From assembly GCF_004010195.1 (NCBI RefSeq), contig NC_057719.1, positions 85,916,056 to 85,980,055 of the forward strand: DNA of 64,000 nucleotides, read 5' to 3'. Numbering within the stretch: the first letter of the stretch is position 1; each line of letters begins with the position of its first letter. Made by a program: the position numbers and the translations under genes. Positions 41,258 through 55,266 of the stretch are shown piece by piece. The stretch comes from Chiloscyllium plagiosum. Taxonomy: Eukaryota. A model generated the notes under the pieces. It worked only from the letters and a program-made list of their open reading frames with translations. It made no database searches and was not told the origin of the DNA.

Positions 41258-42166
41258 GTGAGTGAGAGGTTGGAAACGCACAAGCCGCACCTTCCTGCCA
41301 CATCAAAAAGGAATATGGATGACAATGAACAGCCCTGTCCGTTTTAGGGTAGAGGATTATTAAATCCAGCAGAAAATATGGTTTCACTACGTTCTCTTGT
41401 CCTTGGTAAACATACATTGCGAATTCGTCAGTTGCAACGTTTTAGTTGTCACTGAAGTGAAAGTAAGCGGGACTAAAGAAGTATATCAAAGGCGCATCCT
41501 TCTGGATGGCAATTAGAAGCTTCATGGCATGCTGAGAGTCTAAAGCAGTATCTGGCGCACATATCCGTGTATGATAGATATTATAAATACACCGGGCAAG
41601 TGGAAGGGGATTAGAATCTTATTGTCTATAAATCCAATGCACAAGCTCAAAAAATTGGCATCAGGTGTGTAAATCACTACAACTGACATTAAAAAATGTA
41701 ACATCATTAATAATCTCATGGCGTTTCAAGGTGATGTGATCAGGCAGCGCTAACACTGAGGGTAACTGAAAGGTAGACAGGCTTTGAAAGGGACATTAAC
41801 CAGACAGAAAGGTTGAAGGTCGGAAATCTAGTTTGGAGGCCTGAACGAATCCTTGTCATTCCTATACAGGTGGAATCACTACAGATTCTCAAGAAAGCAG
41901 AGCTCTGGCTGTGGGGAAGGGGTACAACACGCTCATTATGAAGGACGCAACAAGTTCAGAATTCTCTTGCATAAGCCCTACCTAAACAGCACTCACCAAG
42001 GGAGCAGTTTAGAATACAACAATTCCGTACAATGCTCAAGACTGTGTAGAGAAAAGTTGGCAGATGGGTCACCTTTGAATTTAAGGCTCTTTTGCTACCA
42101 TGATCTCAATAAAGGGTCGATCATCAAGGGCAAACCAAAACATAATTGTTTTCTCCCTCTTATCAG

Positions 42167-42548
42167 ATGGAAATGTTGCCACGACAAATCAGTTAAGCGT
42201 CCTGGAACAAGTACAAAACAATGCCATAATTAACATTCCCGGGTGTGCAGACCACATGTACAAATCCACCGTTTGACACTGGGCAAGGGTCACACTAACT
42301 TTCTTCGGGATCATGACTTCATCCTTGCTTCGAACGGTGCGTCTTCCTTTCAATCCCACGCCAAGTTAATGCAGACATTGTGCAACCACTCAAACCAAGG
42401 CAATTTATTTTGCTGATGAATTGAAACTTTCGGATCAAAGCGATCTTTTCGACCAAAATCTGTATATTTTGATTGCAGCGTTGTTGACAGCATGGAGGAC
42501 ATGGAAATCTATGTATTCAAAATGGCCAAACGTGGGATGGCCTTCTAA
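42167..42548 (+). pseudogene. Inverted METTL21B-like pseudogene, exon 3 remnant
   Basis: ctcttatcag|; GNVATTNQLSVLEQVQNNAIINIP / CRPHVQIHRLTLG...HDFILASN / IYFA / YFDCSVVD...IYVFKMAK...TAA; about 3 frameshifts; DxxY lost. Confidence 0.85.
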
Positions 42549-44237
42549 CGTAAAGAACGCAATTTCCTGCCTCTACATTTGATATTATGGTTTCTGAGCT
42601 TCTCCGTTGTTGGCTTTACATTGAAGTTATACGTGATAACTAAGATTCGTTTTCTTAAATTAAGCTTAATTTATCGCTTCCTAATATGTCACATGATTTC
42701 TCTCTCGCCGATTATTTCTCTGCTATCGAGAAGTCACTTGATACCTTGGCAAATGACAAGGTCCAACTATCACAATTCGCTGGGAATCTGGTAATCATAG
42801 CAGGACCCACACACCGATCTTCAAGTTTCCTCCCAACATTATACATTAGGATATTCTTTACAATAAATATATAATTACTGAGCTGGCTTGAACAAAATAA
42901 CCAGCGGATGATGAGTCGATGATTGTGTTGAAATGTTCAACTCTTTTGCAATGTGTTGCGCCCTACCTACCCGCTTGTCTCTTTAATGATGTCTGAACGC
43001 TTCGTTTTGTGTGTGTTGAACATTAACATGGGCGGTCCGCGTTAGTGGTAGGAGGTAGAACGCAACCTTTGGCATTTGAAGTCCACCGAGTGCTGACGAA
43101 ATTAAATTATTAACTGAGTCATTCACTTTCGACATTGCATTCTCCTTTAGGAGTGAGATTAAGGGGAAAGGTTGACAGGGAGCCCAGAGGTTTAAGACCC
43201 AACAACTAACAGAAAACGAATTCGGTGTCCATAATATATTTTCGAGTAATTATGAATGGAGTTGCAGAAAATTGAATTTCGGTTTTCTCAATGACAAACA
43301 GTAATGCACATCGTCATTAATTGTGCGATTCCAATGCTCCAATATTCGCAAGCGTGTGCAAACACGCTACAATCTTTTCGGGCAGTTTTTTTCTTCGAAT
43401 GTGGGAGTACGCCAGTCAGTTTTAACGCCGTCAATATAGTAACTTAAACGTTGTTCCATTCGGCACACACACCTCAAGGCAACGATTTCGTCAGAAAGTC
43501 TTGATGTAAGAGATACCATTTAGTTATGATAGATTGTCCCTAGCAACAGAGAATGGGTCTCCTCATGAACCAGCATCAGACAGCCTCGACAAGCGACAAT
43601 CATATTAATTCCCTACTGTTTACGCAAAAGCTAATTTGAAACGGATGTGGGGTAGGGGCCAGCCAATTTTGTTTTAACATATATTATTGCGACAGGCCTG
43701 CTATTTCATCAGAACTTTAACTAAGGTAGCAACATCACAATGGCCGTATTAGAGAAGATAAGGCCCAGTTCACTGAGTGGATCCGTCTGCTTTTCTACAT
43801 TGCTCTACTTGCCATTTGCAGCATCACCTTCATGAGATGAATGGAATCATGAGCACGGCCCGTCCATAATTGTCGTTGGCAATGTTGTGGTGAACCAATG
43901 AAGCTAGCGTGGGAATGTGGCGGTGAGCCAATGCATCTCCTAACATGCTGTCGTCAGTGAGTTCCAGGATTTGTTAGCACAGTGACAATGAAGCAATCCT
44001 GGTCTACTTATAAGTATCGAGGGATCATATCTTATCCAATAATTATTTTACCTCAATAGTTACCCTACAGACTGTGATTTTCCGTGGGTTTTACTGCAGA
44101 TCCGTTCACTCCTCCGTAGCATTGGGGGAAATTGGTGATGGCTCTCACCACTTATTGCTATTCTCACTCTCATAGAAGACGTGCACAGCTCATCATACTC
44201 TTCTCCTACTAACGGTCAGAGCATGTGGCTGAGTACG

Positions 44238-44671
44238 GGACACGGTGGCTCAGTGGGGGCGGCACGGTGGCTCAGTGGTTAGCACTGCTGCCCTCCAGCG
44301 CTAGGGACCGGGTTTGATTCCAGCCTCAGGTGACGGAGTTTGTGTGGAGCTTGCACATTCTCCCCGTGTCTGTATGGGTTTACTCCGCGCGCTCCGGTTT
44401 CCTCCCACAATCCAAAGATATGCAGGTTAGGCAAAATGGCCGTGCTAAATTGCCCATAGTGTTCAGGGATGTGTAGTTTAGGTGCATTAGACAGGAGTAA
44501 ATTGTAGTGTGGTGCTGGAAAAACACAGCACGTCAGACAGCATCCGAGGAGCAGGAGAATCGACGTTGCGGGCATAAGACCTTCATCAGGAATTGGGAGT
44601 GGGTTGCCTTTCGGAAGGTCGGTATGTACTTGTAGGGCTGAAGGGCCTGTTTCCACACGTTAGGGATTCTT
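44238..44671 (+). mobile_element. HE1-type SINE with duplicated head and a nested antisense PLE fragment (~44505-44593)
   Basis: cacggtggctcagtgg at 44241 and 44263; hammerhead remnant 44562-44589 (minus). Confidence 0.8.
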
Positions 44672-45189
44672 AGCCCTACAGAATGATAGGGCGAGATAAA
44701 ATCAGTGTTTGCCTCTTGTTGGCTCTCTCAGCACTTGTTCCAAATAGACAGTCAGTGGAATAATTAGATTTTTATGACAATCCAGCAGTTCAGTGGTTCA
44801 AAGTTACTGAGACTAAATTCACAATTCAAATATATTAGCGAACTTTATATAATATATAAGTGGAAGCAGAAAATCGTCTTCAGCCCCCTAGTTCCCGGTC
44901 CACGATTCACAAAGAATCTGATTGATTTGATTGCCGCTTCTGTGGTGTATTTGTATAAGTATGGTGAACTGGAAATTTAAGCGCCCGATTACGCAATGGT
45001 GACGTCGCTTGGACACTTTTGGGCCGAGAAACTGCTTCGTCGAACTTTGCTGCCTATAGAATAAACAACTCCTTAATAAAGCACTTGCGGTTTAACATTT
45101 CGGCCTCTGTTCTTGTAAATTAGCTTCGACCTCACTTTCTTGTCTGCAACACCTGCAACCAATCTTACCCTTCCCATAACCCTAGATGG

Positions 45190-45640
45190 CTTGTCCAACT
45201 TGCCAGGATTGGAGGACTTGATGCATAGGAAGAGGCTGAAAGGCTGAGGCTGTTTTCCTGGAGCCTCGAATGCTGAGGGGTGACCTTATGGAGGTTTATA
45301 AAATCATGAGTGGCTTGGATAGGGTAAATAGACAAGGTCTTCTCCCTGGGATGGGGATTCCAGAACTAGAAGTCATAGGTTTATGGTGAGAGGGGACCTA
45401 AGTGGCAACTTTTTCACGAAGAGGGTGGTGTGTGTATGGAATGAACAACCAGAGGATGTGGTGGAGGCTGGTACAATTGCAGCATTTAAGAGGCATTTGG
45501 ATGGGTATATGAATAGGAAGGGTTTGGAGGGATATGGGCCGGGTGCTGGCAGGTGGGACGAAATGGGTTGGGATATCGGCATGGACGGGTTGGACCGAAC
45601 GGTCTGCTTCCATGCTGTACATCTCTATGACTCTATGATC
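45190..45640 (+). mobile_element. CR1 LINE 3' end
   Basis: GDLSGNFFTKRVVCVWNE...FKRHLDGYM; tail ctctatgactctatga. Confidence 0.85.
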
Positions 45641-47210
45641 CGACTTTACATTGCTCGTGGGCATGAAAAAAATTCCAAACATTAATAACCATCTGAGAAA
45701 AGAAATTACTTCTCATCTCCATCGCAAATTGAAGACACTTTATTGCTAAACAGCTCTTGGTTCCCCACAATTGGAAACATTCTCTCAACATTCCCTCAAC
45801 CAACTCCACTTAGAGTTCTCCACTTTAACAAATTCACTTCAAATTTTTCTAAAGTCCACCAGCATGCTCATTTTCTCATGATATAACTCAATCATCCCAG
45901 GAATCAACCTAACTAGTTTTCTCTGGACTCTATCCAATGCCAGTATATTGCTCTTTAAAAGATATTGTAAAGTTGGGATGTATAATCGATGGGGTCTCAC
46001 GAAAATCGTTTACATTCCCTTTGCAATAAAGGCCATATCCCAGTTAGCAACCTATTTCATCATCATGCCTGTTTGCTCTTTGGCTCATGTACAATGACAG
46101 CATGATCCTTTGGACCTAAGGCAGAGATCAAACACGGAATATGGTCTTCAGGCGAAGAATGTTAATTATATCAAATGGATTCCACGCCAGTGAGGAGTAG
46201 CTGTATGCCTTCTCTGAATAAAAATCGTAAAGCAGTAATTCAAAATATGCATTTCTACTCTAATCTCTGAAGTGCAGCATCGACTCCTCTAATTCTATGT
46301 TACTGCTAACAATGCTTTACGAATTGAACACGCTTCCCCGTTTCAGTGCAATGGCACAAGCGTGCAACTGAGTTGTCCAGTGGTGGCCCGCTGTTAAGAA
46401 TCATCAAACGCACTTAAAAAAAACTGTAAATAGGGTCGCGTTTTAATGAACTTGCATCTGTTTAGGTTTAGTATTATACAGTGCAGGAAATGGTCCACAT
46501 ATTGCAAAATCAAGCTTTAATTTGCAAATTTAGTCATTATTATTGTTCTGTCTATAGTTAATCGATTTGAACCTTTGTTTTTATTGCAACAAATGTAAAG
46601 CTGCCATTATTTAATCTGCACCACCTACTCCAATTAAGCTCTGGAACACATTCAAAGGTTATTATCTTTGTTGATGACTGTCAGTATAATTAACGCTCGT
46701 GGATGAGTTGAAGACCAGAATATGTCAACTATTTCCCATCTCTAAAATACTATTGAGTGTTTCTATCAAAGTCTAAATATATGCACTGCTCACGCATGAT
46801 GCCTGCTTGTCTTGTAATTTATTTCTGTCAACGAAAAATAAGCTCCTGCAGTTTTACTTTGTTTGTATCTCAGTTAATGGCACTTATTTGATGCAGCAAA
46901 AATGAGCACGGCCGCAACATAAAGCCCAAAACAAAATTATTTCAGTAAAAAAAAATGCCTTTGCAAAATTTCTCAGGTTCAGCTATGCAAAAAGAAGAAA
47001 CGACACCAAGGATTTTGCTTCCTGAAAAACATCTTTTTTCACTACAGAATGCGGATTCCAATCCTTAGCAGATTAAATTAGGAAGCTTCATTCCAGAACC
47101 GGATAGAACTTCAATTTCACCTTCACTCAGATAATTAAATTCTCACAAAGCTGTGAGTAGAGTACACAGTTTGTGGATTGCAACGTGAGGAAATAAATAT
47201 GCATCAGAAA

Positions 47211-47605
47211 TTAGTGCCCATGGCGCGGGTGTTTTCTAGTCACTTTGTAAATGCAATTACTTCCACTTGTATGAAGTATTTCGCTGTTAAACTGCTTGGG
47301 TAAGAGGTCCTCGTGAAAATTGATGGCTCCTTCTCTGGCCGCCATGTTAGAAGACATATAAACAATAGTTTTGTCCGTGGAGAGGTACAACAGTGTCTGC
47401 AAAAGACCAGGAAATTGCGAGGGGTTGTACACAATATCTGAACCCAGAATATAATCAAAGTCATTTGGAAAGTTGCACTGATCGTCACCCCAAGCTAGGG
47501 TCCGGATTGATGAACGGTGTCTGCTGCTGGCTGGAATGTTAGCTTGCACGTTGTATTCTATTTGGTTCAAAACATAGGATCTGTCCGTCAACGTGACATC
47601 TCCAC
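47211..47605 (-). CDS. EEF1AKMT3: METTL21B/EEF1AKMT3-like copy C, last coding exon
   Basis: ttgtttttaccag|GT; GDVTLTD...NVQANIP...LAWG...FDYILGSDIVY...LLPKQF; 395 nt; total 132+112+395=639 nt (212 aa). Confidence 0.93.
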
Positions 47606-48320
47606 CTGGTAAAAACAATGATGTCACATCATTATCTGAGCACTGCCTCATATTAAAAGGTATGTAATGCAGATTTCTCACTCAATGAATTGCAACACCG
47701 TTGGCTATGGGCTCCTAATGACTTTGAACCAAAAAGCCAGACAGAAGCTGCATGCACCTATTCTGTGTGTCATAGCTGCAACTTAAGCTTCAGAGGAAGA
47801 TCAAGTGTAATCAGATCTTTCCAAAATCATATCCCTAACAAGAAGAATCAATTCTTCTCGAAATCACTGTCCACTCGCCTTACATGCGAGTATCAGCGCG
47901 TTGGATAATTCATCCGTTTGTTTGACTTATCCCAGCATTTTATAATACGCTCAGCTTGTGAGCATTTCACCGCGTGTGTCAAAATATTAGACTACAGCGG
48001 TCTGCCATTGTAGGCTGCTCAACCCTCTCGACCCTAAAGAATAAAACGGACGAAGAACAGTACAGGGCGCGGGAACACGATTATTAGAACGTCCACGAGC
48101 CTTACTAGTATCAATTGTAAGATTGCTCCAAAGCCTTGAAATTGGATAACAAATTAGCTTTCCCTATTGAAATTAATACAGAAATTGCTGAAGACTCAAC
48201 AGGTCATGGCGCAAGTAATGGCAAAATTTCAAAACCTGAGGCTTTTGTCAGAGCCTTATACCAATATTTGCATGAATAACTAAAGAAACATCGCCAGTTT
48301 TATTTTGTTCCTGATATTTA

Positions 48321-48476
<156 letters not shown>

Positions 48477-49431
48477 TTAGCGCAAACGGATTTACACATG
48501 GATATTAATAGATTTGCAATGATCCAAACACATTGATGCCAATGGGTTGACAATCTTTGCAAATCAGTACAATAATGTGGGAATATCATCACAGCGCAAG
48601 TAAAAACAGTGGCACTCCTGGCCTTGTAGATTAGAGATATGGAAATCCTTTCCAAAACATGGCGCGGTTTTGACCGTGAAAACATACCACGTTAACTCAC
48701 GGTTCTGATGTCTCAGTCAAGCTGCCATCACTTTTATTGCTACCAAAGACATTCAGCTGAGTTCGGAACCTCATAATCCAGTGAGACCGCAAAGTCTAAA
48801 AACATCCGAATGGCATATGGCCCAGGAGATTCACGATAACAAAGCAGAGATTGTCAAAAGCCAAGCGTAACGTGCACAATTCTTTCAGAATTAGGGCGTT
48901 CTGTTTCGGTTCAGCCCCTGCTCTGTCTTCAAATTGTAACAGATCGAAAAGGCAAAAAAGGGAAGGAAAATTGAAGACGAGCTGCAGAAGAAATGGGAAG
49001 TCTATTTGGAGTCATCAATTTTGGAGCACATGATATTGGCGATAAAGGATTTTGCGGGGTGGGGGAGAGGTTATTCCTGTTACAGAAATTCCAGAAGTAT
49101 GGAACAAAGTAAAAAGACAGTATGACAGATTACATGAAGCAAGTGTTAATCGTTGCATAGGTAGCAGATCGAAAACTGATGCAAAATTCCCAATACCAAC
49201 CCCTTGGGAATTCCAATTCACACCTTCCCCGAGTCTAAGATAGCCATTAACCATTTTTTAGCTGATTTCCTATCACTCAATCAATTTCCTATCCATATTT
49301 CTACATTCAATGAACTGGGATAATTATGGGGGTTGATAGAAAGTTAAACTAGAAAGGAGAATGGCCGTGTGCAGATTGCATAGCCTGGAGAGGAAAGAAT
49401 TAGGAAATGAGATAAAAATCAGGTCAAGGTA

Positions 49432-49741
49432 AGATTAGATTACTTACAGTGTAGAAACAGGCCCTGCGGCCCAACAAGTCCACACCGCCCCGCCGAAACG
49501 CAACCCACCCATACCCCTACATTTACCCCTTACCTAACACTACGGGCAATTTAGCATGGCCAATTCACCTGACCTGCAGGTCTTTGGACTGTGGGAGGAA
49601 ACCGGAGCACCCGGAGGAAACCCACGCAGACACGGGGAGAATGTGCAAACTCCACACAGTCAGTCGCCTGAGGCTGGAATTGAACCCGGGTCTCTGGCGC
49701 TGTGAGGCAGCAGTGCTAACCACTGTGCCACCGTGCCGCCC
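49432..49741 (-). mobile_element. HE1-type SINE, young full-length copy
   Basis: Intact head ggcggcacggtggcacagtggttagc with CpGs retained. Confidence 0.9.
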
Positions 49742-50034
49742 ACAAATTGGGACAAGGATGCAGTAAATGTACATGGAATATTAACTTATCTCATAGAGGA
49801 ATAAGCTGTTAAAAATGAGAGTGCAGGAACAACTATAAATATAAGATTAAACTGCCTGTACGGCACTGCACACAGTATTCAAAGCACAATCGAGGAACTT
49901 GATGTAATAAGCTATAGTGACTAACTATATGTGGCAGCAATAATTCTATCATAAAATAAACTGTACTGGCAATTGTTTATGGAAGGTGGTGATGTAACCA
50001 CAAAGACAGGAGTGGAAGAAGTGTAGCGCAGACT

Positions 50035-50094
50035 ACAGTGTAGTGAAGACTAAAGAAATTACACAGTGTAGTGAAGACTAAAGAAATTACACAG
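50035..50094. repeat. 28-bp perfect tandem duplication
   Basis: acagtgtagtgaagactaaagaaattac x2. Confidence 0.9.
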
Positions 50095-50159
50095 CAAATT
50101 GAGGGTCAGAAGCAGAATCAGTATCGATGACAATAAAAGAGTTAAAGGTATCTTACTTC

Positions 50160-51560
50160 CTTAAAAAAAGTTTTTTTCACAGAACTTAGGTGTCACCGGC
50201 TGCTAGCATTTTTTGCCCATCCCATTTGCCTTCGAAAAGGTGATAAGCTGCCTTCTAGGACCGTTGCAGTCCTGGTGGTGCAGGTGGACCCATAGTTCTA
50301 GTAGGAAAAAAGTTCCAGGAATTTGAAACTGATACGGAAGAAATAGTGATAAATGTTCGGATGAGGCTTGTAGGAGAACTTGAGATCGTGTTTAGCTCCA
50401 TGCTGCCCTTGTATTTCTAGGTGGAAGCAGTCGTGGGTTTGGAAGGTGGTGTCAAAGCAACCTTGGTGAGTTGCTGCAGTGCATTGTGTTGGTGGCACAG
50501 TGTTTCATTGTTGGCCAGTGGTGGAAAGAGTAATGTTTAAGATAATGGATGAGGTGGCAATAAAGGTTTCTGCTTTGTTCTGGATGATGTTGAACTTTTA
50601 GAGTGCTGCTGGAACTGCGTTCATCCATGCAACTGGAAAGTTACCCATACCACTTTTGATTTGTAAATGATGAGAAGGCTTCAAAGAGCGAAGTTCAAGT
50701 TTCTGACCTATTTCAACCATAATAACTTCAATGATGTTGATAGTGGGAAATTCAATGATATTAATGCCATTAATTGTAAAGGGAAAATTATTAGATTCAC
50801 TTTTCTTGGAGCTGGTCATTACCTGGTACTTATTTAGTGTACACGTTACCTGTCACTTACCAGCACAAGTCTGAAAATTATCCAGGTTTTGTTCCATAGA
50901 CTTGAGGAGTCACGAATACTTTGGAATACTATCACATCACGAATGAACAATTCTTCTCCTGACCTTATGACGGAGGCACGCCTCAAGACAACCCCGCTGA
51001 CTATATTTGGGCAGAGGACATTGTTCTGAAGAACTCCTGGTGCCTTGTCCTAGGACTGAGATGACTTAGTTTTCAACAAACTGCAATCACCGTCCTTCAT
51101 GTTAGTAATTATGCTTACCAGTGGGAAATCATTCTCATTGACTGCAGACTTTTTCTACCTCCTTGACCTCATATTCGGTCAAATGCTACCTGGCTGTTGG
51201 AGTTGGTCAGTGTCACATCACCACATAGTTTGTTCTCCCTTCGTGATATTTGCACAAGACTATAACTTGATCAGGAGCTGAGTGGCACTGGCAAATTATT
51301 GTTTGATACGAAGCTCTTGATAGCACTAATGATGGTCCTTTCTATCACACTGTTGATAATCAAGAGTTGACTGATGGGACAGTAATTGGCCAGGTTGAAT
51401 CAGGCCCTTTCTTTGTGGCCAGAAATGGCCTTGGAAATTTTCTGCAATGCCTGGTAGATTGCTGTATTGTGGCTGTACTGAAACACCTTGGCTAGGAGAT
51501 GGAAGTTCTGGAGCACATGGCTTCATTAACACTCAGAATGTTGTCTGAACATAGGGCGAA
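50160..51560 (-). mobile_element. Old CR1-group LINE (same family as 12210-13550)
   Basis: KPCAPEL...PANYCPIS-like motifs, KKSESNNFPFTINGINI. Confidence 0.65.
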
Positions 51561-52469
51561 CTTGCCAAACATTTTGAATGGAAGACTACGTTTCAGATTT
51601 TCTCTTTTTGAGGGTGAGAGGAAGCAGAGACAAAGTTTCATAATGACAAAGTTTGACAGAACATTGAAAATTAACTTAAATTAGATAATTGCAAAACAAT
51701 AAATTGACAATATAAATAACTGAGTAATTAATGAGAATAACTATTAAAATGCCAAGAAGCAGAAACAGTTAATTAAAACTGGCCTTTTCAGGAAACAATC
51801 AAGATTGTGAGGAGATAGAATAGAGTCCTGATTATCAGGAAGGGGAGTGGGGGGATGCTGCGCCTAAGTTGTGAGTTGAATTTAATTAACACTACAGATA
51901 CCTCTAGCGACACACACTCCAAGACTGTCTCTCTGGAGTTCATATAAAAATGGAAGTTGCAAACAAGCGGGCTTTCAGTTCAGGTGTTTATTTTGTTCAC
52001 TCAGTACAAAGTTTTCAAACACACTCCACACCCCAGCCCCAATCCATCCTTCAAACGTAAAAACACTCACAATCCTTCATTTACCTTCTCTAACATACAC
52101 ACACCAGCTCACTCCATTTCCAGTCCTTTCTCTACAGATAGTCTCACACCCTACTCTCACTCCCCATTCGCCCACACTAGTTCTCCCTCATGCATTCACA
52201 CTCCCACTCCCTCATTATCTTCCCCCCACCCAAGCAGTCATGTATTTCTCCTTCCCATATAAATCCCCACTCCATCTGATTAACTCAGTCATCCCTGATG
52301 CACATACACATCGCTCGCATGCATCTTTACTCACCTTACCCTCAATCACTCATTGCATATTCCTTGGTCATTCGCTTGCACCACTCATTCACGTATTCCT
52401 TCTCACTTCATCCTCACTCATTCTACAATCCACTCACTCTACGCGACCTACTCATTCACTCACACCCCT

Positions 52470-53090
52470 CTCACTCGCGCGCGCGCACTCACGCACACAC
52501 ACACACAGACACACGCACAGACATACACAGACACACACACAGATACACGCGCGCGCACACACAGCTCCACACACAGAGATACACACCCGCGCGCGCCCAC
52601 ACACAGATACACACATGCGCGCACACACAGATCCACACACACCGATACACGCGCGCGCACACACAGATCCACACACACCGATACACGCGCGCGCACACAC
52701 AGATCCACACACACCGATACACGCGCGCGCACACACAGATCCACACACACCGATACACGCGCGCGCACACACAGATCCACACACACCGATACACGCGCGC
52801 GCACACACAGATCCACACACACCGATACACGCGCGCGCACACACAGATCCACACACACCGATACACGCGCGCGCACACACAGATCCACACACACCGATAC
52901 ACGCGCGCGCACACACAGATCCACACACACCGATACACGCGCGCGCACACACAGATCCACACACACCGATACACGCGCGCGCACACACAGATCCACACAC
53001 ACAGATACACTCGCGCGCGCACTCACACACACACACACACAGACCTACACAGACCCACACACACACACACACAAACAAGCGCGCGCGCAC
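52470..53090. repeat. 36-bp CA/CG-rich minisatellite (10 perfect units ~52621-53000) in a (CA)n/(CG)n field
   Basis: Unit acacacaccgatacacgcgcgcgcacacacagatcc. Confidence 0.95.
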
Positions 53091-53424
53091 CGTAATCCCC
53101 CTTCCTTAACTCTGACCCAGATCCATGCTGAACTCGGGAGCTCTCCGCGGAACAGTTCAGCACCTCAACTCGGGATCCTCTCGACTGCGTGCAACCTCAC
53201 CCTATCACTGAGAGGAATGCTGTCACCCCGGTTTCCCAAGGAGAGCGGCATTACCGCCATCGGTGGTGCTCAGGAAACGCAGGCAGGCAGCTTCGCGTAG
53301 CTCACTGCTGCCCTGAATCAGTGGCCACTTCTTTTTGGTTTGGTTGCAGTAAGGAATCGTTATGTGCTCAAACTGCCCTGTTTATCATTTCAAGTCTACT
53401 TAGATCATTAGCTTATGAAATAAG

Positions 53425-53555
53425 GAGAGAACGTGAGGACTGCGAGATGCTGGATATCAGAGTCAAAAATATGTGACGCTGGAAAAGCATAGCCGGTCAG
53501 GCAGCGTCCGAGGAGGAGGAGAATCTAAGTTTCGGACATAAGCCCTTCATTAGGG
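53425..53555 (-). mobile_element. PLE terminal fragment with decayed hammerhead (53526-53553)
   Basis: Reverse complement ctaatgaagggcttatgtccgaaactta. Confidence 0.7.
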
Positions 53556-53606
53556 CTCACGCCTTCGCTAGCACCCACTTTGTGAAGGTTCTAAAAAAAC
53601 TACCTT

Positions 53607-53820
53607 TAGATCTCTACAACAAGGAAGCAGGCCATTCAGCCCATATTGACCCTCAGAAACGCATCCCATCCAGACCAGTCCCCCATTCCCTATAACCGTG
53701 CATTGGCCATGGCTAATCCAGCTAGCCTGCGGCAGGAAACCCACACAGACAATCGTCCGCGGTTGGAATTGAACATGGATCCTTAGCACCGTGAGGCAGC
53801 AGTGCTAACCACTGAGCCCA
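53607..53820 (-). mobile_element. HE1-type SINE, internally deleted
   Basis: gaggcagcagtgctaaccactgagcc head; aggccattcagcccat tail. Confidence 0.7.
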
Positions 53821-55266
53821 CCTCATTGACCATTGCTGTTTTCAGTCATCCGTTCTGACACCTGGTGAGTGCCTTGATCTCATTTCTATTGATGAAAAGG
53901 TTTTAACCATATTTGGTCACTTTTCTGCATGGAAGCCGCTATTTAAATGTAACTTATTCTGTCCTTTAAAACTGCAAAGGTTTCAAGGAATCAAACACAA
54001 AAAAAACCCTTCGATCTGGATAGATTGCATCTCCATATCTCAAAGAAAGATAGGGAAGACAGGGCAAAGCATTATTACAAACAGAATGTTTAACCAGAAG
54101 ATGAGTAGCGTAAACTGGTTAACAAATTGGCATTTGATTAATGTGAGTTCTTTTCCAAAGAAGGAACGGGAACAAATGCAGAAGCTGTTGCTTAACATTG
54201 GATACGTGGTTAGAAAACTAATCTGGTCCCCGCCAATCAGGTGTGATATTAAAACAGCTTTAAAAAGTCAAAATGTAACAGAGTTCATAAATTCTTCTTC
54301 CTGAAAGAGAGAAAAGGAACTAAGGTAACGCAGTAGACCGAAGTGTCTATTGTTCACATACTCTAAATGGTTTAGAATGGAGAATCAGAATGTATGGTTA
54401 AAAATTTGTGGGATATGGCAAATTGTGGGTTACATTGTAAAGAAAGGAGACTTTTGAGACAGTACAGGGTGACTTAAATAAATTTCATACAATAGGAACG
54501 CAACTGTCAAATAATGTAGATGAGCGCCCGACAATGCATCTTGGAAGGAAGAATACAAATAGGGAAACTTTGTACTCCTTAAAGCAAGGTGGATAAATTG
54601 AGAGGTGTAAGGGTGCAGATGAACAAGTGATTCAAAATATCGATACAGCAGTCTAACAGAAAAATGCAAAGGACTCTAATGTTCATTCTTGGAGGAGGAT
54701 AGAATTGCGAAGAACAGAGGTCAGGGTAAAACATGTACAGAACTTTCGAGGACATTTGCTAGGCCTCCATGAATTTAATTCTACGTTAATAAAGGAGAAG
54801 GTTTTAAAAAGGATTTTCAGGGATTATATCAGAATGAAGAGGTCCAAACTGTCAAAAAAAGAATGATCGAGCTGGAAAAGAGCGAAGTGAGTGGGAACGG
54901 AATCTGCTCAAGCAGGCTTCGTCAGGATGTTCTCACTTGAAATGTATTATTTACACGACCAGAGCATCAAGAGAAAGCAGGTAAACCCGCGAGGAAGAAA
55001 AGAAGAGCCGATGTGTTCAGTGGGTGAGGACGAATGAATGACTTCTGGTCTGGGCCATAAACAATGGAATTGAATTGAATTTATTGTCACGTGTACCGAG
55101 CCACAGGGAAAAGTTTTGTCTTGCGAGCAATATAGGCAGAACCAGTGAATGGTCCTCCAAATGCTGTGCACATCCACGTCAAATCATCCAGCAAATTAGT
55201 TGCACACTGGTTAGGAAGTATGCTTTCAAATCCAAACATTGTGTTGCAATCGGCTGCTACACTTAC

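Noticed and set aside
52621-53000. 36-bp repeat array as a CRISPR array
   Set aside because: No unique spacers, no cas genes, eukaryotic context
52240-53300. Long overlapping ORFs (177-315 aa) in all six frames
   Set aside because: Artefact of the stop-free 36-bp minisatellite
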